32,000 nucleotides of DNA from Bifidobacterium longum subsp. longum JCM 1217 (GTDB taxonomy: Bacteria > Actinomycetota > Actinomycetes > Actinomycetales > Bifidobacteriaceae), in contig NC_015067.1 of NCBI RefSeq assembly GCF_000196555.1, forward strand, positions 1,110,001-1,142,000. Direction: 5' to 3'. Below the pieces are notes generated by a model. That model ran no database searches and was not told the origin of the DNA. It saw nothing but the letters and a program-made list of their open reading frames with translations. Shown one piece after another: positions 15,421 through 20,642 of this stretch. The number at the start of each line of letters is the position of its first letter. The stretch's first letter is position 1. Made by a program: the position numbers and the translations under genes.

Positions 15421-15492
15421 TGGAGCCGGCGGGGTTCGAACCCGCGACCTTCCCGTTGCGGACGGGACGCCCTGCCACTGGGCGACGGCCCC
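15421..15492 (-). tRNA. tRNA-Ala (CGC) with C33
   Basis: Acceptor GGGGCCG/CGGCTCC includes the G3.U70 Ala identity pair. Anticodon stem TCCCG/CGGGA, loop TCCGCAA, T arm GCGGG-TTCGAAC-CCCGC. Confidence 0.7.
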
Positions 15493-15496
15493 GAAG

Positions 15497-15569
15497 CGCC
15501 CCTGACCCGATTCGAACGGGCGACACCCGGATCCGGAATCCGGTGCTCTGTCCCCTGAGCTACAAGGGC
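15497..15569 (-). tRNA. tRNA-Arg (CCG), divergent third copy
   Basis: Acceptor GCCCTTG/CAGGGGC, D arm GCTC/GAGC, anticodon stem CCGGA/TCCGG, loop TTCCGGA, T arm GCCCG-TTCGAAT-CGGGT. It lies 4 nt from tRNA-Ala. Confidence 0.8.
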
Positions 15570-15762
15570 GTGCATCCGCCATGCGACGGCATGCGTCCCC
15601 GCACTGGGCGGGGGGGATTAGGGCGGGATCATGGCGCTGGCATGGTCGCGGACGGGAGAATAAAAGAAGAAAGAACCCGTCTCGCATGCCATCGTTCCCG
15701 CACGCGCGGAGAGAAGAGTCCGGCGTCGCGTGCGGGCGGCGTTCACGCCATGAGCCGCTTCG

Positions 15763-15835
15763 AGCCCCGGGCCGGACACGATCCGGCGACCTTCCGCTTA
15801 CGAGGCGGACGCTCTACCGGTTGAGCTACCGGGGC
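15763..15835 (-). tRNA. tRNA-Thr (CGU) with unusual T loop
   Basis: Acceptor GCCCCGG/CCGGGGC, D arm GCTC/GAGC, anticodon stem TCCGC/GCGGA, loop CTCGTAA, T arm GCCGG-ATCGTGT-CCGGC. Confidence 0.7.
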
Positions 15836-15964
15836 GGATGCCGGAAACCCCCGGCCGTCCGGCGACGGCCCCCACGCGCCCGTCACGGGCCATGGGGCCG
15901 GACCGGGAGGCGGGCATGCCGTCGTCCGGTCCGAGGGGCGCGCCGTTTCCGCGGCACGGGCCTG

Positions 15965-16010
15965 CGCGCCATGGAGGAGTCGAACCTCCGTCTACGGTTT
16001 TGGAGACCGT
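15965..16010 (-). pseudogene. tRNA-Trp (CCA) 3' portion, disrupted by IS21
   Basis: The minus strand reads ...CAAAACCGT AGAC GGAGG-TTCGACT-CCTCC ATGGCGC G. It joins the fragment at 18600..18632 across the duplicated GAGACCGT. Confidence 0.7.
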
Positions 16011-16121
16011 GTGTTTTAGCAAGTTGGCGTCCGCTTTGTGAGCGGTGTTTTTCCGCAGTGTAGGCAGCGGGTTTTCCGCAGGGTGTGCGGTATCGGCCGC
16101 TGCCTGTCTGCGTTGTGTTGG

Positions 16122-16907
16122 TTATTTGGTCATGAGGGCGTGTTCGCTTCGGTAGGAGCGGCCCTCGAATCTGATGAGCCGTCCGTGGTGGACGGTGCGG
16201 TCGATGAGGGCGGCGGCCATGTTCTTGTCGCCGAGCACGCGTCCCCATCCGCTGAATTCGATGTTGGTGGTGTAGATGATGCTCCTTGTCTCGTAGGAAT
16301 CGGAAATGATCTGGAAGAGGAGCCTGCTGCCCTCCTCGTCTATGGGCAGGTAGCCGAACTCGTCGATGATGAGAAGTCGGGCCTTGCCGATGCTCGCGAG
16401 TTCCCGGTCGAGCCGGTTCTCCTGCTGGGCGCGGCGCAGACGCATGAGCAGTCCGGTCGCGGTGAAGAAGCGCACCGGGACGCCCCGCTCGCAGGCGAGC
16501 CGTCCGATCGCGATGGCCAGGTGGCTCTTGCCGGTGCCGACGGGCCCGTAGAGCACGAGGTCCTCGCATCCGGCGACGAAGTCGAGGTTCTCGAGCTGCG
16601 CGCGCCCCCAGTCGGCGGGCATCTTCAGGTTGGTCCAGTCATAGCCGTCGAGGGTCTTGTCGGCGGGGAAGCCGGCCTGTTTGAGCAGGCGCAGGCGTTT
16701 GGATCGCTCGCGCGAGTCGAGTTCGGCCGTGAACCATCGTTCGATGAAGTCGAGCTGGTTGGGCGTGGCCTCGGCGAGCGTGCCCGCGAGCACGCTGCGT
16801 GTCAGGGTCAGGCTGCGGCTCATCTTCAGGATCCTCTCGCTCTTCTCGGTCGTGGACGCGCGACGGCGGCGGGTCTCCGGGATCACCGGATCGGGTCTGA
16901 CGCTCAC
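16122..16907 (-). CDS. istB: IS21 helper ATPase IstB
   Basis: GTGA overlap with the istA stop. Walker A GPVGTGKSH, Walker B LLIIDEFGY, C-terminal DRTVHHG. Confidence 0.9.
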   Translation of the reverse strand: MSVRPDPVIPETRRRRASTTEKSERILKMSRSLTLTRSVLAGTLAEATPNQLDFIERWFTAELDSRERSKRLRLLKQAGFPADKTLDGYDWTNLKMPADWGRAQLENLDFVAGCEDLVLYGPVGTGKSHLAIAIGRLACERGVPVRFFTATGLLMRLRRAQQENRLDRELASIGKARLLIIDEFGYLPIDEEGSRLLFQIISDSYETRSIIYTTNIEFSGWGRVLGDKNMAAALIDRTVHHGRLIRFEGRSYRSEHALMTK

Positions 16908-18406
16908 CGTTCTTCCCCTCCGTCGTCCGTGCCGGTGATGAACCGGTCGTAGCCGCTCAGGTCGGGCTCCTCGATCCCGCCGGGGTATTCCCACTCGCCG
17001 TCGCGCATGCGCAACGCGATAGGGGTGAGCGAGTCCGCGTGCAGGCCCATGTCCCTGTTCGAGCGCAGGATCTCGCCGCACGCCTGCATCGCGGGATCGA
17101 ACCCGGCCGCCCGGCACGCGTCCCCGATCGCTTTGAGGCTCTCCCTCAACGTCTTTTCGTCCATGGAATCAAGCCACGCGCGTATATCGTCGGGCACGTC
17201 CGGGCGGATCGAGCTTTCCCGCCACGCGCGGGGTTTGACCGCGAGCCGGGGAAGCACGAGCGCGGGATCCTCCACATTGCGCGACCGTCCGTACTGTCTG
17301 GGATACTCCGCGAAGAGCTCGCCGGTGGCGGGCGAGGTGAGCGTGACCGTGTCCCACCGGATCGCGGCCAATACCCTGGAACGCGCCGAATCGGGGCCGG
17401 CGAGGTACCGGTTCGAGTCGATGTCGACCAGCCCGTACTTGTCGGCCGTCCGGCTTTCCCAGCGAACCGGGTCGAACGCCGTGGACGGCAACGGCATCAA
17501 CGCGGCCCTCTCCTCGTCGAACACCTCGGCCACGGGCACGTCCAGCAACCTCGGGCAATACGAGTCCCTGGCGAGCCCGTCGCACCGCTCCAGCAGGAGA
17601 CGGCTCAACTGCCCATACGATTCCGCGCGCATGGGCGGCACCATGAGATTGCGCCGCAAAAACCCGACCGCGTTCTCCACGCTGCCCTTCTCGTTGCCCG
17701 AATACGGGTTGCAGAACCGGACCTCGAGCCGGTAATGCGCCACGAACGCGGAGAACACCCCGGTCAACGCGACCTCGCCCTTCGCGTTGCGCCGGCCGGC
17801 ACCGGTCGCGTTGTCCATCACGATCACGGGAGGAACACCCCCGATATGCTCGAACACGAGCATCAGGCCATGGCACAGACACTCCGCGTTCTCGCCCGGC
17901 AACGCCACGCACAACCGCATGTTCGAATACGGCAACGAGACCACCAGGCAATGCACGTCCGCCATCTCGCCAGCGATCCGGGCCCGGGCCACGCCGAAAT
18001 CGACCTGCATGCTGCCCGCCGCCCACTCGAGCCGCACGTACCCCTCGCGATCCGGCACGCCGCGGTTCGCCTCGCGCCACCGGTGCACGTAACGCATCGT
18101 GGTCGAATACTCGCCGTCGTAATCCGTCTCCGCCAGCAGACGGTCGTGCACGCGCCTGATCGTGTGCCGCTGCTTCCTGGGCAGCAGACGATCGGCCTCC
18201 AGCCACTCGTCCACCAGATGCGCGTACGGGTCGATCTTCGACCCGTACCTGCGATCCGCCTTCGGCTTGGGCGAGCAATCCTCCATATCCGCGTACTTCG
18301 CGACCGTCCCGCGATCCACGTGAAGACGCCGCGCTATCTGCGCGCGCGACATTCCCTGCCGGTCGAGTCTCCTGATATCTTGCACAATGGGCATCGGTAT
18401 CGCCAT
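16904..18406 (-). CDS. istA: IS21 transposase IstA
   Basis: Start MAIPMPIVQDIRRL with RBS GGGAAGGAAAGGAAC. It has an N-terminal HTH (MSRAQIARRLHVDRGTV) and a DDE-type core (VDFG...VMDNATGAG...SGNEKGSVEN). Confidence 0.9.
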   Translation of the reverse strand: MAIPMPIVQDIRRLDRQGMSRAQIARRLHVDRGTVAKYADMEDCSPKPKADRRYGSKIDPYAHLVDEWLEADRLLPRKQRHTIRRVHDRLLAETDYDGEYSTTMRYVHRWREANRGVPDREGYVRLEWAAGSMQVDFGVARARIAGEMADVHCLVVSLPYSNMRLCVALPGENAECLCHGLMLVFEHIGGVPPVIVMDNATGAGRRNAKGEVALTGVFSAFVAHYRLEVRFCNPYSGNEKGSVENAVGFLRRNLMVPPMRAESYGQLSRLLLERCDGLARDSYCPRLLDVPVAEVFDEERAALMPLPSTAFDPVRWESRTADKYGLVDIDSNRYLAGPDSARSRVLAAIRWDTVTLTSPATGELFAEYPRQYGRSRNVEDPALVLPRLAVKPRAWRESSIRPDVPDDIRAWLDSMDEKTLRESLKAIGDACRAAGFDPAMQACGEILRSNRDMGLHADSLTPIALRMRDGEWEYPGGIEEPDLSGYDRFITGTDDGGEER

Positions 18407-18599
18407 GTTCCTTTCCTTCCCGAGCGCCGGCCGGCGGCAACCGGCCGAATCAAAACCGATTGGCAACTCGGGAATATACAGGCGGCGGCACCGATGCCTA
18501 TCACATCACCGGGAAACGATGACGACACCGGGGAAAACCATCAGCCCACACTACGGAAAAACACTGCCGAACCTGTCGAACAAACATTGAAGCAAAACA

Positions 18600-18632
18600 G
18601 AGACCGTCGGGCTGCCGCCGTCCCGATGGCGC
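18600..18632 (-). pseudogene. tRNA-Trp (CCA) 5' portion, disrupted by IS21
   Basis: The minus strand reads GCGCCAT CG GGAC GGCGGCA GCCC G ACGGTCTC. The acceptor complements ATGGCGC at 15966..15972. Confidence 0.65.
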
Positions 18633-18952
18633 GTTCATTGTTTCCGCTCTTCGGTTTTCAACCATGCCATGCCGGCCGTGTCCGCGGCGGCATGGCATGG
18701 TATGCGTCTCCGGACGGCAGGCCGACGGAACGCGTTCCGCCGGCCGAGTGGTTCCGGGCGGCTTCGCTCCGCCGGCCTGTCCGATTGATTCGGGCCGTTC
18801 CGCCGGATCGGGCTACGAAACCGACCGGAATCCCGTCGTCTCATGACCAGGTGTCATCCCGGCTTCCACCGTTCGCCGTCGATCCAATGGGACTGGCCTG
18901 ACAGGCGGATCAAACCGCCTGTCGTCGATCCGCCTGTTTGCGGCCAGGCGGA

Positions 18953-19037
18953 TGGTGGTGGCGGGAGGACTCGAACCTCCGGTGTTTCTCTGTCGCAGAG
19001 TTACAGTCTGCTGCCGTCGCCGCTGGGCCACGCCACC
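18953..19037 (-). tRNA. tRNA-Tyr (GUA), CCA end encoded
   Basis: Acceptor GGTGGCG/CGCCACC followed by A-CCA, anticodon stem GCAGA/TCTGC, loop CTGTAAC, long variable arm, T arm GGAGG-TTCGAGT-CCTCC. Confidence 0.8.
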
Positions 19038-19124
19038 GGTGCATCGCTTTTGCCCGTCACGGTGCGATGCGTACCGTGCCCGGTTCATCTGTGCCCGCAA
19101 GCTCATGGGAGATGGATCGGGTCG

Positions 19125-19497
19125 TGGAGCTGCCGGGAATCGAACCCGGGTCTGGCCTGCCGTCAACCATTGCTTGCCGTCACGTGCGTATCCGACGCTT
19201 GACGCTCATCCGTGGACGGGTGCGTTCGGCGAACCCGCACGGCTTGTAGACGATGTTCGTATGCTGGCCGGGCGAATCCATCGTCCGACTGTCCGACCAG
19301 TCCGATTCGAAGTTCTCCGGCTTTGACCCGTTAATCGGCAATGGGATCAAAGCCGGGTTTCACGCCGCGAGGGTGAAACGGGAAGAAGAAACGGTGTTGG
19401 CGTTCGTTCTTGTGGCAAGGTTGATGACGGTTGTCCCTGCCGGCCTCCGGCACGTAGCGAATGGTCTCCGGCAGGCCATCGAAAGCCTGTCAGCCCC
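19125..19497 (-). ncRNA. ssrA: tmRNA (SsrA)
   Basis: The 5' end is GGGGCTGACAGGCTTTCGATGG. The 3' end is ...CCGGGTTCGATTCCCGGCAGCTCCA. Together they form an Ala-type acceptor GGGGCTG/CAGCTCC with G3.U70. An internal reading frame GCC AAC ACC GTT TCT TCT TCC CGT TTC ACC CTC GCG GCG TGA encodes ANTVSSSRFTLAA. Length is 373 nt. Confidence 0.8.
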
Positions 19498-19736
19498 GTG
19501 ACATGGGTCGGATGGCGTGAACATCAGCCATCCGACCCATGTCTTCAATGCCGCCATCTTGCAGGGGTGGCGTCTGGTCCAAGGTCTTGTCCTCACGCCC
19601 ATGCGGGTATGAGTCGCCTTGGACAGGAATGTTTCTGATGTCGCTCTTCGGTTTTCAAGTCTCGTCGCCGACCGTCCGTGCGGTGGCATGCGACGGTATG
19701 CGTCCCCGGTCGCGGCGATCCCCTATGCGGGGGCGT

Positions 19737-20067
19737 GTATGCATTCCGGCCGGCCTGTATGCATCCGTATGCATCCGGGGATGCATACATCTTCTCTTCC
19801 CGTTTCGGCTTGGTTCCAACGTTCCGGGGATGGTCCGGGGGCGTGTATGCATTGTATGCATCATTCCCTTATAGGGGATTCGGGAAAAAGGAAGGAAACC
19901 CCTTATATTGATGCATACAATGCATACAAGAGAAAGGAATTCTGTTTTTCCCTTTATATATAAGGGTTTTCGGGCTTTTTCCAAGCCTTTTTTGTATGCA
20001 TCCCCGGATGCATACAGATGCATACATGCATACAAGACGGCCGGAAGAACTTCACAATGTTGTAAAG
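19737..20067. repeat. 331-bp iteron-rich direct repeat, copy 1 (candidate replication origin)
   Basis: Over 90 percent identical by eye to 20259..20590. It contains 12 copies of GTATGCAT/ATGCATAC in both orientations and an AT-rich core AGGAATTCTGTTTTTCCCTTTATATATAAGGG. Confidence 0.75.
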
Positions 20068-20135
20068 TCCGCGCATGCGGCTCCACGGCATCGCGAACCC
20101 CCCGGGGAGCCCGGCGAAACGGATCGGAGGATCGC

Positions 20136-20245
20136 TTGACGTCCTCCCCTCGGCTGAAGCCGGGGGATTCCTCCCATCCTGACGATGGGAGGAATCCCTC
20201 CCCACGCCTGAAGGCGGGGGCACCCTCACGGCAAAACGGTCGGGG
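20136..20245 (-). mobile_element. orphan IS200/IS605 right-end / omega-RNA-like module
   Basis: The minus strand ends GGAATCCCCCGGCTTCAGCCGAGGGGAGGACGTCAA, matching the right end at 2062..2100. This is preceded by a 14-bp perfect hairpin GGATTCCTCCCATC-GTCA-GATGGGAGGAATCC and by CCCCGCC-TTCA-GGCGTGGGG. No tnpB is adjacent. Confidence 0.55.
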
Positions 20246-20258
20246 CGGGCATCGGGGC

Positions 20259-20590
20259 TGTATGCATTCCGGTTCGCGTGTATGCATCCGTATGCATCCG
20301 GGGATGCATACGTCTTTTCTTTCCGTTTCGGCTTGTTTCCAACGTTCCGGGGATGGTCCGGGGGCGTGTATGCATTGTATGCATCATTCCCTTATAGGGG
20401 ATTCGGGAAAAAGGAAGGAAACCCCTTATATTGATGCATACAATGCATACAAGATAAAGGAATTCTGTTTTTTCCTTTATTTATAAGGGTTTTCGGGCTT
20501 TTTCCGGGCTTTTTCTGTATGCATCCCCGGATGCATACAGATGCATACACGCATACAAAACGGGCCGGAAAACTTTACAATATTGTAAAG
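20259..20590. repeat. 331-bp iteron-rich direct repeat, copy 2
   Basis: See copy 1. The offset between copies is 522-523 bp. Copy 2 ends 52 bp upstream of the primase-helicase start. Confidence 0.75.
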
Positions 20591-20642
20591 GCCGGGACCA
20601 TGCCCGTCCGGCCCCGCCCCCGCGTGACGCATACATGCGCGC

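Larger units (their letters stand above)
16011..18599 (-). mobile_element. IS21-family insertion sequence
   Basis: Termini are TGTTTTAGC... and ...GCAAAACA. Internal repeats GTGTTTTTCCG(C/T)AGTGT occur at both ends. It carries overlapping istA/istB and is flanked by direct GAGACCGT at 16003..16010 and 18600..18607. Confidence 0.85.

Noticed and set aside
10500-16100. Many ORFs of 60-260 aa in the track across the tRNA array (for example 9990..10769, 11106..11774, 12626..13126, 15213..15824, 15883..16569)
   Set aside because: They run through tRNA genes, have no RBS or motifs, and are explained by the absence of stop codons in GC-rich non-coding DNA.
18656-18661. TTGAAA in the repeated modules as a -35 box for the tRNA and tmRNA genes
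   Set aside because: No convincing -10 hexamer lies at 16-18 nt spacing in either module. A promoter call is not supportable from sequence alone.
17039-18901. 620-aa plus-strand ORF and the 423-aa alternative minus-frame ORF 17169..18440 across istA
   Set aside because: These are shadows of the IS21 transposase gene. The istA frame has the HTH and DDE-type motifs and couples to istB.
19125-19150. Isolated tRNA T-arm plus acceptor 3' fragment, first taken for an att-site tRNA remnant
   Set aside because: Extending upstream revealed the matching 5' GGGGCTG acceptor strand at 19491..19497 and an ..LAA tag frame. The fragment is therefore the 3' end of a complete tmRNA. A role as an integration site remains possible but cannot be tested in this window.
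19253-19689. ORFs 19253..19501 (+) and 19360..19689 (-)
   Set aside because: They overlap the tmRNA gene. The minus-strand ORF merely contains the tmRNA tag frame at its end.
19737-20590. Possible CRISPR array, because of many short repeats
   Set aside because: The repeat unit is only 8-9 nt, occurs in both orientations with irregular spacing, and the whole 331-bp block is duplicated. This is an iteron field, not repeat-spacer architecture. No cas genes are present.
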